Source: Chiloscyllium plagiosum
Lineage: Eukaryota
DNA: 64,000 nt
NCBI RefSeq assembly: GCF_004010195.1
Contig: NC_057751.1
Span: forward strand, 9,121,611-9,185,610
Reading direction: 5' to 3'
The position numbers and the translations under genes were made by a program. The notes beneath the pieces are model-generated. The model was given only the letters and a program-made list of their open reading frames with translations. It was not told the origin of the DNA and did no database searches. Of the stretch, positions 1 through 14,125 are shown one piece after another (position 1 is the stretch's first letter; every line of letters starts with the position of its first letter).

Positions 1-1086
1 TACTGGGCTGGAACGAGGAAACTGTCTTCTTCCTATTCAGTGACTTCCTCTGAAAGATAAGAGTATTTAGTTGTCAGTGATCAGGACTGGACTTATTAAT
101 ATTGCCTGTGATGATGCACATATGATGAAAGATGTGTTGGAAAACTGTCAGAATTTGTTTAACTGTTCCGTCACAAGAGTCAGTGCCTTGAGGCTAAGAG
201 AGAGAATTGGAAGTAGAAAAGCAGACAGCAACTTGGACTTAGAAAGTATCTGTCACATAGAATACAATATATTCTACACTGAAGCCAATGGATTTAGTGA
301 TCAGAAAGCATGGAAAAATGGCAAAGTCTTGAGATTTAAAGAAGGAGAGCAACATAGGTCATTGCCACAAATAATGAACGAGCATCTTCTACAGCATCTT
401 CCACATCACCAGGATATCTTAAAGAACCCCATAGCTTAGTGTTACCAGTATTTCTATTGCAACAGTCAATTTGCACACGGCAAGAATTCACAAACAGTAA
501 TGAGGTAAGTGACAGAGAATCTGTTTTTAGTGTTATTTAAGAAATACACGTGAAATTTCAACAAATAACTCTACCACAGGAACGGTGGGGTGAACGGCCT
601 CATTGCTGTATTATTCTATGCTGTGCTATAATATTAGTAGATCTCTCTTTTACTCCACTTAAACAGTGTCATGGGATCTTTTGTGTTTCTGTAATAAGAT
701 AAGCAGAGCAGCAGGATGTTGTTTTATTTGCAAGATGGCATTTGTTCAGCAATGACTGAAGGTCACCCTAGAAAGATTGCTTTTGTCAGCCCAGCAGAAG
801 GCCATGACTTCTGACTAAGAGGCAAGAGCCATGCAATTACATCACACCGTCAAATCGATTCTGACAGAATTGAGGGTAGTAACTGATTCTGTCATTAAGA
901 ATTTGTGACCTTTTAAAATTGTGTAGAAACATACGCCAAACTGTTTCATAACTGCTAAGGTTACATGGGACAATTGGGCATTTAAATCATCTGAGTATCA
1001 GCTCATCAAGCTGTGTATGTTATGAACTGACCAGTAAATTCAGAGTATTCCTAAGGCACTGAGAAGAGAGTCATGTCTTGAAAATA

Positions 1087-2680
1087 GTCCACATTACAGA
1101 AGAGAAGGTGCTGGAGGTCTTAAAATGCATAAAGGTAGATAAATCCTCATGACCAGTACATTGTGGAAGTTGGGAAAGAAACTTTGGGGGCATGAGCAGA
1201 GATATTTGTATTGTCTACAGCCACTGGTTAGGTGCCGGAAGACTGGAGGGTATGTGCCATTGTTGTGCCATTATTTTAAAAAGGCCACAAGAAAAAGCCA
1301 AGGGACTGCAGACTGATGAGCCTGATGTCAGTGGTGGCTATGTTTTTAAAGGAAATTCTGAGAGATAGGATCTACAAAATTTGGAAAGGGAAGGACTTAC
1401 TAGGGATAGTCAGCATGCCTTTGTGCAGAGAAAATCATGTCTCACAAACTTGATTGAGTTTTTCGCAGACGTGACCAAGAAGACAGATGAAGGCAGAGCA
1501 GTAGACGTTGTCTACATGGACTTTTGGCAAGACTTACAACCAAAGTTCCACATGGGAGACTGCTGAGTAAGGTTAGATCACATGAAATTCAGGGAGAGCT
1601 AGACAAAAGGATTACAAAACTGGCTTGAAGGTAGGAGACAGGGGGTGGTAGTAGAGGGCTGTTGTTCAGGCTGGAGGCCTGTGACCAGTGGTGTGCTGCA
1701 AGGATCGATGCTGGGTCCACTGATGTTTATCACTTATATAAGTTATTTGAATGAAAATATGGGAGGCATGATTCATAAATTTGTGGATGACACCAAACTT
1801 GGTGGTAAGTGGACAGTGAAGAAGATTATCCAGGATCTTGATTGATTGGGCTAGTGGGCCGAGGAATGGGAGACAGGGTTTAATTTAAATAAATACGAGG
1901 TGTTGCATTTTGGTCAGACAAACCAAGGCAGGACTTACAGTGAATGGAAGGACCCTGGGGAGTGTTGTCAAACAGAGATACCCTAGGAGTGCAGGCACAT
2001 GGTTCCTTGTAAGTGGCATCACAGGTCAACAGGGTGGTGAAGAAGGCATTTTGCATGCCAGCTTTTGTAAGGCAGAACATTGAGTATTGGAGTTGGGACG
2101 TCATGTTAGGGCTATAGAAGACAACAGTCCGGCCACATTTGGAGTACTGAGTACAGTTCGGTTGTCCTGCTAAAGGAAGAATGTTATGAAAGGAAGTATG
2201 CAAAAAATATTTACATGAATGTTACTGAGACTAGAGAGTTTGAGTTATAAGGAGAGGCTGAATAGGCTGGGACCTGTTTCCCCAGAGCATAGGATGCTGA
2301 GGGATGACCTTATAGAGGTTTACAAAATCATGAGGGGTACAGATAAGGTGAATAGCTAAGGTCTTTTCCACAGGATAGGAGAGTCCAAAACCAGAGGGCA
2401 TAGGTGAGAGGAGAAAGATTTAAAAGGGACCCAAGGGGTGACTTTTTCACACAGAGGGTGGTGCACATAAGGAACAAGTTGCCAGAGGAGGTGATACAGA
2501 GGAGGTGGTACAATTAAAACATTGAAAACACATTTGGACAGGTACATGGATAGGAAAGGTTTAGAGGGACATAGGTCAAATGCAGACAAATGGGCAAAGT
2601 CTTTTCAGCAAACCTGATAGGCATGGACAAGTTGGGCCGAAGGGTCTGTGTCCTTACACTATAACTCAAGATTGTATGAG
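1087..2680 (+). mobile_element. CR1-clade LINE, 5'-truncated, degraded RT plus 3' UTR
   Basis: ORF fragments SQHAFVQRKSCLTNLIEFF..DEGRAVDVVYMDF and VTSGVLQGSMLGPLMF..KFVDDTK; short repeat-like 3' tail. Confidence 0.93.
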
Positions 2681-2904
2681 CTTCAATTCATTCTTGTTAA
2701 ATGAAGCAGAATTTCCATTTGCAAGTTCACTTGCTGGAACAATACAGCAAAGGCCTATGATTGACAGAAGCCACTTCTTCTGTTTCTATTTGTCATGTGC
2801 TTCCAGTCCCAAGAGTCCACTGGATTGTATGGGGTGGGGATGTGTGTCTAACATAACCTCTCATGCAACTTTGCAACAAGTGCAGAGTTTGTTTTATTAC
2901 TCAC

Positions 2905-4085
2905 TTATGGGTTGTGGTTACTACAAGTTGGGCCAGTATTTTTGGCATATCCCTTGTTGCTTTGATGAGGTAGTGGTGAGCTGCCTTTTTCAACCATGAC
3001 AGTCTTTGTTCTGCAGGCAGATCCTCAATCCTACTCGGGAGGGAATTCCAGGATTTTGATCCAACAATACTGAAGGAACTGCAATATATTTCCAAGCCAG
3101 GATGATAAGAGCTTAGAGGGGAATTTCTAGATGGAAGTGATTGTGGATTTGGAAAGTGCTGTTCTACGGAACTATCGTAAATTTCCGCAGCATATTAGTT
3201 TGTTGTTTGTGACTGAAAGCTTTTTAACAGTCATTCTTGTAACGTGAGACAAGGACAGCATGTATTGCCCATCCTAAGTTGGCTTGAATGAGGTGATGAT
3301 AAGTTGCATTTTTGAACGCTTGTAGTTTATGTGGTATAGGTACACCAACTGTGCCATTAAGAACAAAGTACCAGGATTCTCACCCAGTGACAGTGAAGGA
3401 ACAACAATGCAGTTCCAAGTCAGGATGGGATGTGACTTGCAGGAATTGTGTTCCCTTGGATATGCTGCTTTTGTTCTTCTATGTGGTAGAGGTTGCAAGT
3501 TTGGAAGATGCTGACAAAGGAGCTTTGATGAATACCTGCAGTACAATGCCATTCTGAAAGAAGCAAAAGTTTATGATGGATGGACTACTGATCAAATGGG
3601 ATGTTGTTGAGTGTCTTGGGTGTTTGCTGAGATTGCACTCAAAGAAGCAAATGGAGCGGATTCCATCACACTCCTGACTTCTGAAAGTAAACAGTGGGAG
3701 AGACTTTGAGAAGTCAGGGGTGAATTCCTCACCTCAAAATTTGCAGTCATTGACCTGATATGTCATTGCATACTGGCTAGCCCAGTTAATTTGCTGAATA
3801 TCAGATGACCATTTTGAGGATTGAGCAATGGGACTGCTGTTGTTGGTGGCAAGGTCATTGATGCAACAGCTCAAGATGGGCAGCAACGCCCTGGGATTTA
3901 GATGATTGGTGTCCAACAACCACAACAATGTCCCTTTCTAGTAAAATGTATTAGGTATGGCTCAAACCATTGGAGACTTCTTCCACTGATTTCCACTGTC
4001 TTAAATTATATTTGCAATCCTTGATGACTAATGATGACTTCAGATCTTGCTTCTCACTGGATTTGAGTTTTGCTGTCCAAAGTAA
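2905..4085 (-). mobile_element. Two adjacent degraded 3' fragments of a second CR1-group LINE family
   Basis: - strand KSWNSLPSRI..LKKAAHHYL ORF2 C-terminus; the same sequence recurs from ~3245. Confidence 0.7.
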
Positions 4086-4532
4086 AGAAGTTCACTGAAG
4101 AAGCTAATTATATCAGTTTCATTTGAGCTCTCCAAGCTGCAGAGATAAGAACACAAGAAACTGAAACAGCAGGAAACCATCCCTCAAGATACATTTACCA
4201 TTCAATAGGATCTAGCTCAACTCTATTTGCCTAAACAACTCTCATTAAATTTGACCATTCTCTCAGCCTTGAAGATACTCACTAGCCAGAACCTCCATTG
4301 TCCTCTGGGAGAGAAGATTCATAACACTCTGAGTTGAGGCATTTTTCCTCATCTCAGTTCAAAGATTATGGCCTCTGCCATTTATATTATTCTGCCAGAG
4401 GAAACAGCCTTCTGCTTTTCTTTGTTTCTTTCTCTTTCCTCTGCAAAGAATGAGCATGCGCTGAAGCTCTGCCAAAAAATGTGGCGAAGCAGAATCAACC
4501 CCATTCAAGAGGGATTTGGTTAGATACTTTGG

Positions 4533-5742
4533 CCATAAGATCATAAGACAGAGAAGCAGAAATTAGGCCACTCAGTACATCGAGTCTGCTCTGCCATTCA
4601 ATCACAGCTGATAAGTTTCTCAACCCCATTCTACCGTTTTCTCCCTGTAACCATTGATCCTCAAGAACCTATCTCAGTTTTAAATATATTCAATGACCTG
4701 GCCTCCACAGCGTTCTGTGGCAATGAATTGCATAGATTCACCACTTGCTGGTTGAAGAGGTTTCTTCTTTTCTCTATATGTAAAAGGTCTTCCCTTTACT
4801 CTAAGGTGCTGCCCTCAGGTTCCAGTCTCTCCCACCAATGGAAGCATCTTCCCATCATCTACTCTGTCCAGGCCATTCAATATTCTGTATGTTCCAATTA
4901 GATTCCCCCACCCCCCATCCTTCTAAATTCCATCGAGTAGAGACCAAGAGTCCTCAAACGTTCCTCATATGTTAAGCTTTTCCTTCCTGGGGCCATTCTC
5001 GTGAACCTCCTCTGAACACGTTCCAGGGCCAGTATATCCTTCCTGAGATATGATGCCCGAAACTGCGCACAATACTCCACATGCAGTCTGACCAGAGCCT
5101 TATAGAGCCTCAGAAATACATTTCTGCTTTTATATTCAAGTCCTCTCAAAGTAAATGCCATCATTACATTTGCCTTCCTAACTACTGACTCATCCTACAA
5201 GTTTACTTTGAGAGAATCCTGGACTAGAACCCCCAAGTCTCTTTTCACTTCAGACTTGTCATCTTTCTTTCCAGTCGGAAAATAGTTCGTACCTCTATTC
5301 CTCCTACTAAACTGCATGACCTCACACTTTCCCAAGTTGTACTCTATTTGCCACTTCTTTGCCCACTCTCCTAACCTGTTCAAATCCTTCTGCAGTCTCC
5401 CCACCTCTCAATGCTACCTGTCACTCAACCTATCTTTGAATCATCTGCAAACTTAACCAGAATGCTAGATCTAGATCACTAATGTATAGAGTGAAAAGTT
5501 GTGGTCCCAACATTGATCCTTGCGGAACACCACTTGTCACTGGCTGCCATCCGGAGAAGGACCCTTTTATCCCCATTCTCTGCTTTCTGCTGGACAGCCA
5601 AACTTCTATCCATGCTAGCACCTTGCCTCTCACACCCTTATCTTACTCAGTAGCCTTCTGTACGGCACCTTGTCAAAGGCATTCTTAAAATCCAGGTGGA
5701 TAACGTCCATTGGCTCTTGGTCTAACCTGCTTGTTACTTCCC
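4533..5742 (-). mobile_element. CR1-clade LINE RT fragment with 3' tail
   Basis: [31 protein letters not shown] and RLYKALVRLHVEYCAQF on the - strand; (cataagat) tail at the left end. Confidence 0.93.
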
Positions 5743-7212
5743 TTGAAGGGGAAAAGTAGCAGAGCAAAAGACAGGAAGTAAATGAATTACTCCTTTTCGC
5801 CTGATGAGATGAAATGCTGATTTCGACATTGTGTGGGGCTTCAATGAGATGAATAGGAAATGTCATTTGACATTAAAAAGAAGTTACAATGTTTGGAATA
5901 CAGTAAGTATCTATAGATACATTTAAAAATTTAGCATACGCAGTTTTCAGTGTGAGCCTTGACGCACTGGGATTCAGTCCAATACCGCCCAAGTTAATTT
6001 CATATACGACCCTTGCAACAAACAAAAAGCAAATTCTTTCAACTTAAGAATCTGGAATATTCTTCGATTTTGATTTTATGTGTGTCTGATTGATCTTTGA
6101 AATTGTCTAATCAATTTGTTCAGAATTATTATTGCACACCTCTGGATCATATGGGAGTTGAAACAAAGCTTCCTTGGCTCAGTGGTGCAGACACAAGCAG
6201 TGCAACACAAGAGTCCTCTTGGTTGATCTTATCATGTCACCACCAGTTGATGCCTTTATGTTATGAATTAAGGACTACTTAAGGCGTCAGGCTGCCATCT
6301 GTCATAATAGGGTATGCCCAACAGATAAAGCTGTGTGAGCAGCCGTTCAGCTGTGGCAGGGAGAAACCCTGATTCAAGGCAATCAGTTCCTGATTAAGAG
6401 AGTGAACATTGAGCAAGAGTGGATGTTTGCTGAGATGTCCTTCTCTTGCATAAAACATAGCTTTCCCTTATCTCAATTACCTACAATCCAGAAGCCAAAC
6501 ATCCAAGAAATCACATCTTCGTCCTCCTCGACCCTGGGTGTCCTTCTGGCAGCAGCCACAACCTCCTCCTTGCCACTGTCATGTCCAAATGCTGCCAGCC
6601 TCTGATCGGTTGGGAGCTTTTACACAGCAGGACATCTGCCCCAGCATTTTAATTTTAGGTGAAGAACTTGGTGGCCTCAATAATGCCTGATTGACATAGA
6701 CATTTGTGGACTTCCCCTCAAAGAGTCAGTGTGGGTCTGCATCAGCTCTCCGGCCAGCTGACAAAATCCCCACATCCTCAAAATGAAATCACCAGTATTT
6801 CTGAGTTTGGAAGGTATAAACGTGTGGGGTTTTCTGCGCCATTTCCGGTGAATCCTTGCACAACCACACAACCTGCAAAGTTCGCATAGTGTGTGAAATC
6901 AGACACTAAACATACACACTGTTGTCTTCAACTCTCAAATTTCCAATCTGGATACTAGCTTCCATCAATATGTCTTCTTTCTGATCTTATCCCACCATCC
7001 TGATTAGTGAAATTAAAATAGCTCCCAGCCAACATCAAAGAAGACTCCTAAATTAACGAGCCTTACTTCTGACTCCTTTCAATGGTGATGTCCTGCACTT
7101 CAGTCTTCTCAATTAAAAACTAAAATCACAAGTTTGATGCTATGATACACAGTGCACAATAAAATTCAACCTTGTAGCAATTAATATGATTAATTTCTCT
7201 TTGTTTCTACAG

Positions 7213-7301
7213 CACTGAATGAGCCCACAATAGATTACGGTTTCCAGAGACTGCAGAAGGTCATTCCTCGGCACCCCGGTGATCCAGAAAGACTAGCAAA
7301 G
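7213..7301 (+). CDS. ebf2: EBF2 coding exon (end of IPT domain and HLH helix 1): (A)[29 protein letters not shown]
   Basis: Polypyrimidine tract and ctacAG acceptor at 7211-7212; AAG|GTttgt donor; 89 nt, phase 1 to 0. The peptide is the conserved COE linker/HLH sequence, and ...PERLAK matches EBF2. Confidence 0.96.
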
Positions 7302-7976
7302 GTTTGTAGAGGTTGTGTTGACAATACACGGCAGATTACATTCATGCCTACAAACAATGTGCATAATCCACTTGTGCTGCATTCAATTCTGAACTGATAA
7401 TTGTAGACATACACAGATATAATAAATTTCACAAGCTGAAGGTATAACATGGCACCTCTCTATTCCTTTCTCTTGAAAGCCACAAGATCTAATGTCTTCA
7501 GGTATTCCTGATAGAAGAACTCAGATGTTGTGAGCACTGAACTGTGGAAACTTCTTTAACAATGAAGGGGGATCTCAAGCCCTGTTTTTCATATGTCCAC
7601 AGTCACATACAATTTTCTCAGCAAATTTACTTGCTGCAATCCACAGCTGGCATTCCCAGATATGCTGAGGGCAACTGGAAATAACCCCAAATGCTGTCTG
7701 TTTGAGATCAGCTAACTGGTGGTACCCCACAAGTGTAACAGTGATGTGCTCACATGAAGAATACATCACCATATTGGGTATCAACCACTAATAACTAAGG
7801 AGTGGGAAGGCTGAATGGTAATACTATGGTGAACCTCATGCTTGAGTAGAAAGCTGACACTGGCATAGCACCATCCCAGATCAATCGTGCAATGAGCAAA
7901 TCATTAAGATGAAATCATTGCAAAAAAGCCAAAGTTGTCCTACCTGTTTTGTCACATCCAGCTGTGCCAATACTAT

Positions 7977-8115
7977 GTCAAAAGTGTGGTACTGGAAAAG
8001 CACAGCAGGTCAGACAGCATCTGAGGAGCAGGAGAATCGATGTTTCGGGCATAAGCCCTTTCCAGCACCACACTCTTGACTCTGATCTCCAGCATCTGCA
8101 GTCCTCACGTTCGCC
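7977..8115. mobile_element. Short Penelope-type non-autonomous element with a hammerhead remnant and 17-bp TSD
   Basis: TSD ctgtgccaatact(a/g)tgt at 7962-7978 and 8116-8132; 22-bp inverted repeat (20/22). - strand gggc-ttat-gccc-GAAAC is hammerhead stem II plus GAAA; CUGAUGA is lost. Confidence 0.75.
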
Positions 8116-9520
8116 CTGTGCCAATACTGTGTGTGTCTTGAAGGGCATCACTGCTACTAGGTGGTACAAATAGGGAAGATTTGACACTGGGTGCTATTCT
8201 TGAAATGATATGTGCAGTTCGCCATACTTCCTGAGGAAGTGAAAGTAAATCTCTGTTAGTGGTGCAGACAAAACGGGCCAAGTGGCCTTTTCCTGTTACA
8301 TAGTTCAGAAATAAGGTTTCAAAGCTTTATTTCTATGTTGACAATTTTGGTACTTATTTTAGATATTTTTAAGACTCAGACATTCCTTTTAGTTCATCTA
8401 TGCCTTTCCATTTTCTTTTCATGAAAAATACAAGCATTTTAAATATTGTAAATCTTAAACATTAGTTTCATACTGAAATACAGTCCAGGAGAACAAGCAT
8501 TGAACTAAAGAGCCTAGGTTCCAGAAAAGCTTAAACCAGACAAGAATGCCAACAGGGAATCCCATGAAGTTTACTCCAATTCAATGTTAAGAATAAACCA
8601 CTCACTTAGGAATGTTCTCAACTGGAGAAATGGTTTTTCAAAATCAATTTGACTTTAATTGGATGATTTAAAAACTAGCATTTATCTGTTTCAGCACTTT
8701 GGACAGTTCTGAATCAATTATCTTCACATTTGTTGTGAGAACAACAGAAGAATGGAATGATTAGATTCTGCTTCCACTGCAAATGTTGACAAATGTTCTA
8801 CATTTATTTTTCCTTGAAAATAAATTTGAATTCTTCTAATGTGTCATCATTTAGTGCATTGCTGTATGAAATCTATCACATGATCTGGAACCATTTGTTG
8901 CTTCTATCACTCCAAAACCCGGGTGTGTCCAAAGTGGCTTTCAACTAAATGTTTAACGTATGCACGATTGAATTGTGGTGAATCACTGCATCCATTTAGC
9001 GATGTTTACTGCTAAAGTGCTACTGACATAAAAAATTTGCAAAAATATCTAATACCAAATAGAGGATACCAAAAATATATTACATTGTGTTTGACAGTTC
9101 ATAGATAATGCAAATGTTGGCTAGAATAAACTTATTTTTCAACTATTTACTTCAAAAACTAATTTTATCTTCTCAAATTTCACGGAAGGAATTAGAATTA
9201 CAAGGAATAGTCAGAAATTATCGAGCAAGACACTCAGTTGCCAAAAGAGGCAGCCAATCACCACCTTCACAAGACATACAAAATGGGCAATAAATGCTGG
9301 TCTTGCCATGGTAATATCAGCATTTTTTTTTGAGTAAAGCAGCAAAGAGAAGGATTTGAAAATTCAGCAGTTGGCATTTATAGCGGTGGCATTTATTTGA
9401 TAGTCATTGCTCAGCTTCAAGGATCCCTAAGCATGAGCTCTGCTTCAAATCCATCTTTGGCAGTTCTGAGCCAGTGCAGAAATCAGGAATTATCTACAAG
9501 TTATCAACGCTCATTCTGGG

Positions 9521-9746
9521 ATAAATACAGAGAATGGTGGAGAAATTCACCAGGTCTTGCAATAGCTGTGTACCGAGAAACACAGTTAATATTTTGAATT
9601 CAGTATGACATTTCTTCAGACAGTTCATTGAATCCTAAATAAGTGTCATACTGGACTTGAAACATTAACTCAGTTTTTCTCTCTCTCTCCACACCTGCTG
9701 CATTTCTCCAGCGTTCAAGGTATTTCCAGCATTTACAGTATTTTCC
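9521..9746. mobile_element. Old Penelope-type inverted-repeat element with two decayed hammerhead motifs
   Basis: Degenerate inverted arms. - strand CTGAAGA..gtcatactga.. at ~9585-9620 is mirrored by gtcatactggacttGAAACatt on +; flanked by ttctggg on both sides. Confidence 0.6.
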
Positions 9747-9768
9747 TTCTGGGTCGACTTGTGATAAA

Positions 9769-10375
9769 GACCATAAGACATAGGTGTGGAAGTAAGGCCA
9801 TTCAGCCCATTGAGTCCACTCCGCCATTTAATCATGGCTGATGGGCATTTCAACTCCACTTACCCGCATTCTCCCTGGAGCCCTTAATTCCTTGCGAGAT
9901 CAAGAATTTATCAGTCTCTGCCTTGAAGACATTTTACCTCCCAGCCTCCACTGCGCTCCGTGGCTATGAATTCCACAGGCTCACCACTCTCTGGCGTAAG
10001 AAATGTCTCCTCATTTCGTTCTAAATTGACCCTCTACTTCTAAGGCTGTGCCCATGGGTCCTAGTCTCCCCACCTAACGAACAAAACTTCCCTGTGTCCA
10101 CCCTTTCTGAGCCATGCATTATCTTGTACGTTTCTAGTAGATCTCCCCTCAACCTTCTAAACTCTAATGAACACAATCCCAGGATCCTCAGCCATTCATC
10201 ATATGTTAGGCCTATCATTCCAGAGATCATCCGTGTGAATCTCCGATGGACACAACCCAGTGCCAGAATGAAGTGTGGGGCCCAAAATTGGACACAGTAT
10301 TCTAAATGGGGCCTAACTAGAGCTTTATAAAGTCTCAGAAGTACATCGCTGCTTTTATATTCCAACCCTCTTGAG
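9769..10375 (-). mobile_element. CR1-clade LINE 3' fragment
   Basis: RGLEYKSSDVLLRLYKALVRPHLEYCVQFWAPH..LRGDLLETYKIM; tail at the left end. Confidence 0.92.
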
Positions 10376-10424
10376 AAAGTTAGAAGCAGGCATTTGGCAG
10401 CACAGAACTTGACTAATTCTTTAA

Positions 10425-10700
10425 AAAAAAACCACATTTTGTCGAAGATGTTTGCCTTGCATTCATCAGGACAATTCGCAAGAACACCAGCTTGGGGAAA
10501 GCCACATTTATACTGCATGAGGAGGCTGTTGATTGGTTGGCAAGTGGACTCTAACTGGTTGTGGTGTAGCCACATAGAATGAACCCATTCATGCTGATTG
10601 ACAGTAAAGTGCCAAGCTTTGTTTACATTTCAAGTCAGGCAGGTTGACTTTGATTACCTTCATAAATGAGCCAGTGAATGGCAGTCACCTTCATGCAGCC
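10425..10700 (-). mobile_element. Penelope-like 3' end with a decayed hammerhead motif
   Basis: - strand 10473-10440 reads TGTC-CTGATGA-atgcaaggc-aaacatcttc-GACA: 4-bp stem I and CUGAUGA intact, GAAA mutated. Confidence 0.55.
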
Positions 10701-11139
10701 ATCATTTAACATGGAGAGACCTGCACCATCAAACTAAATTTTTTTTCCTTCACAATGGCCTACCCCAATCTATTGGGTCACCTTTCCTCCTTTATTGTTG
10801 CTTCTTGGACATCAAATAGTTAATGAATGAAAAGGGTTACTGAACTTTGAACTTTTTCTTGTGGCATTAAAATTGCAGTGAGCAGCATTTCCATTGAACC
10901 TGTCAATAGCCAACCTATTCCTGACTTTCAGCTCGCTATGCAGGAGCACAAAAAAACAGTGAATGAGATTGATTTGTGTTAATGAATCAGGTTCGCTTAT
11001 TTGGGTCCAACCACATGCAGTACCCACAGTGATGTATCAGAACCTTGTTTTCTGACCCATTACTCTGATGATGAGATCGCAAAACTTGGGTTGTATTCAA
11101 TGGGAAACCTAAGATAGATCATCTTTTTGTTTAGTAATT

Positions 11140-12280
11140 TTAAGGGAAGTGAGCAAAGCTGGCAACACCATGATAAGTCATAAAAAATGAGCAAGTTTGA
11201 GGAAGTAAATATGGATATATAATTGGATTAATAAAAGGAGACAGAGTGGTGGTAGAGGTTAATTTTTGGACTGGAGGCCTGGCACTAACGATGATCCATA
11301 GGGATCGGTTCTGGGTCCATTTTTGTTTGTCATTGATACAAATGATTTGAATCAGAATATAGAACACATGGTTCGTAAGTTTGCGGATAACACCAAAATT
11401 GGTGGCATATTAGAGAGTGAAGAAGATTTTCTACAATTACAAAGGGATCTTGATCAAATGGGTCAATGAGCTGAAACATGGCAGATAGAGTTCAATCTGG
11501 ATAAATGTGAGGTATTGCATTTTGGTCCAATAAACAAGGGTTGGGCTTATACAAGTAATGGTCGGGCCTTGGGTGCTGTTGTAGAACAGAGGGACCTCGG
11601 GGTTCAGGTACGGAATTCTTTGAGGTTTACATCAAATAAGGACAGGATGGTTAAAAAGGCATTTGTCATGCTTGCCTTCATTGCTCAATACTTTCAATAT
11701 AGGAGTTGGGAAGTCATGTTGAGGTCGTAAAGGACATTGGTGAAGAACATCCTCTGGAATATTGTGTCCAGTTTTTGTCTCCTCGTTATAGGAAGGATAT
11801 TATTAAGCTGGAGAGGGTTTTACCAGTATATTGCTGGGTATGGAAGGTTTGAGTTATAAAGAAAGGATGGATAGGCTGGGACTTGTTTCACTGGAACGTA
11901 GGAGATTGAGGGGCGACCTGATACAAGTTTATAAAATAATACAAGATATAGTTAGAGTTAATGTTGGTTGTCTTTTCCCTAGGATGGGGGATTTCAAGAC
12001 TGGGGGCACGTTTTTAAGGTGAGAAGAGAGAGATTTAAAAAAGACATGGGGTCAATTTTTTCACACAGAGAGTGGTTCATGTGTGGAATGAACTTCCTGA
12101 AAAAATTGGGCTTGTGAGTACAATTACAACGTTTAAAAGACACTTGGATAGGTACATGAATAGGAAAGGTTTGGAAGGATATGGACGAGGAGCAGGCATG
12201 TGGGACTAGTTTCGTTTGGAATTATATTTGGCATAGAATATTTGGATCAAAGGGTCTGCTTCCGTGTTGTATGACCCGAT
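11140..12280 (+). mobile_element. CR1-clade LINE RT/3' fragment
   Basis: KFADNTK, HFGPINKG..EQRDLGVQV and LERRRLRGDLIQVYKI fragments. Confidence 0.92.
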
Positions 12281-13084
12281 GAGAACTCATTCCCAACGCT
12301 TTTTAGATCAGTGACATTGGGCTATATATCCCTGTGATAATACGAGCCATAAAGGGAAAATGTCTGAACTTTTTCACGAATGGAATGTTGAGAATAGGGA
12401 ATGCACTGCCCAAAGTGACTGCTGAAGTTGTCAACCACAACTTTCAACACAAAAATTCAGTAAGCACTCCATATATCAGATTAAAGGATGAAGAACAATA
12501 AATGGGATAAAGTGAGTAGCTTTAGCACCAGCAGCAGCAACACAGGTATGCAAGCAAACTAGCCTTCTGTGTAGCAACATTTACGATTCTGTTTCACAAA
12601 GCCCTACTGGTTAGGCAAGCTCAATTGGCAGCCTTTTTGGTGCATTTCTTGTGTGCTATTTTTGTGCCATCAGGAAGGTAGCCCACAGCTTATAGATTGC
12701 TATTCTTTGACTTCCTGCATCTGTCTTTCAAAGGTAAGACAGTTAACAAGCAATAGTATGTGTCAGCTTTTCCCTGAAATTTGCACTTTGTGCAGGTGAG
12801 AATAAGGCTTGAACACAAGCAACTTATTTTCTAGCCTGCAGTGAATGAATTGGAAAATCTTCCTCTCTTCCTGTGCTGAATGCAGGCCAGGATCAAGAGA
12901 GCAACAGCAACTGGAGTGAAGGCCAGATGCTCTATCTGACATTTCAGAGATGTATTGGCACGGTGTAACAGGAGTCAATTTACCACGTGTCTTGTAGTTC
13001 TGAGACACTTTGTGGCTTAACTTAAGACCTGTGATCCTTTCATGAGTTTGTATAACAGAGTAATTGACTGTTTATTTCCCACAG

Positions 13085-13150
13085 GAGATGTTACTGAAAA
13101 GAGCAGCGGATCTTGTTGAGGCATTATACGGAGGACCACCAAATAATCAG
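13085..13150 (+). CDS. ebf2: EBF2 coding exon, duplicated HLH helix 2: EMLLKRAADLVEALYGGPPNNQ
   Basis: tttcccacAG acceptor, CAG|GTacag donor; 66 nt, phase 0-0, in frame with both neighbouring exons. EMLLKR matches EBF2. Confidence 0.96.
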
Positions 13151-13769
13151 GTACAGCAGAATGCTAGTGACAACTCCCTTCACACTAAAGAGCAGTCAAT
13201 CAAATGTGGTCGGTCCTACTCACTTTTATGTATATGTACATAATATTTTATCCAATGAAAATTAATTTTTAAAAAATATATAGCTTAATAGGCTACTTTT
13301 GAGTCATAAGATGAAATATTATATACGATAAGATGAAAATTTGTCAACAAACCATTTGCTTTTCAAGAATCTGCATATCCCAGTTACTATTACACCCAAT
13401 CATGACAAGATCCTATCTGAGTAGCATTTTTTTGTTCTGTTGGTTTTATTGGCCTTCTGTCAGTAACATTGTTGCAGCAGCCAATCTGACATCAAGACTC
13501 CAAGAAGGCATCTGGTACAACAACATTAACAACTTGATTTATTTTTTTCCTTTTACTGATCTTGATTTATCTTTCCTTTTTAGAAACAGCACTTCACAAA
13601 TTTTTTTTTCTAAACTGGATGACGCTACTGGAAATTGCTCTGAGTAAACACAAAAATTATAACTTTTGGCAAAAAATTCCTCAACTTGTTGACATTGTGA
13701 AGGGGATATTTCCCTGTCAAAAATCATATTGATTTGCAGAAGAGGTTTCATTTCTTTATTATGGTTAAT

Positions 13770-14125
13770 ATTTATTTATTCATGGGATATAGCATTGCTG
13801 GCTAAACCAACATATATTACCCATGTTTAGTTGCCCAGAGGGCATTTAAGAGTCAACCACATTGTTGTGGGTCTGCAGCCAAATGTAAGCAAGAACAGTT
13901 AAAGGTTGCAGATTTCCTTCCTTGAAGGACATCAGAGATGAGATGTGAATTTAAGACATTCATTTGTGGTTACATGGTTGCCTTTTTCAGATTTCAGAAG
14001 ATTTTTAACTAAATTCAAATTTCACCATCTACCATGGAGAGGTTTAAACACATGACACCCAAACATTTGACTGGGTTTCTGGATTCCAAGTCCAGAAAGA
14101 ACCATTGACTAAACCATTGCCACAC
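13770..14125 (-). mobile_element. SINE-like repeat sharing its 3' end with the LINE family at 2905-4085
   Basis: Similar to 41320-41705 (same orientation) and 18260-18665 (opposite orientation). Confidence 0.6.

Noticed and set aside
71..439. 122-aa ORF at the window start
   Set aside because: Starts at TTG, has no recognisable domain or splice context, and lies within an ebf2 intron; probably chance.
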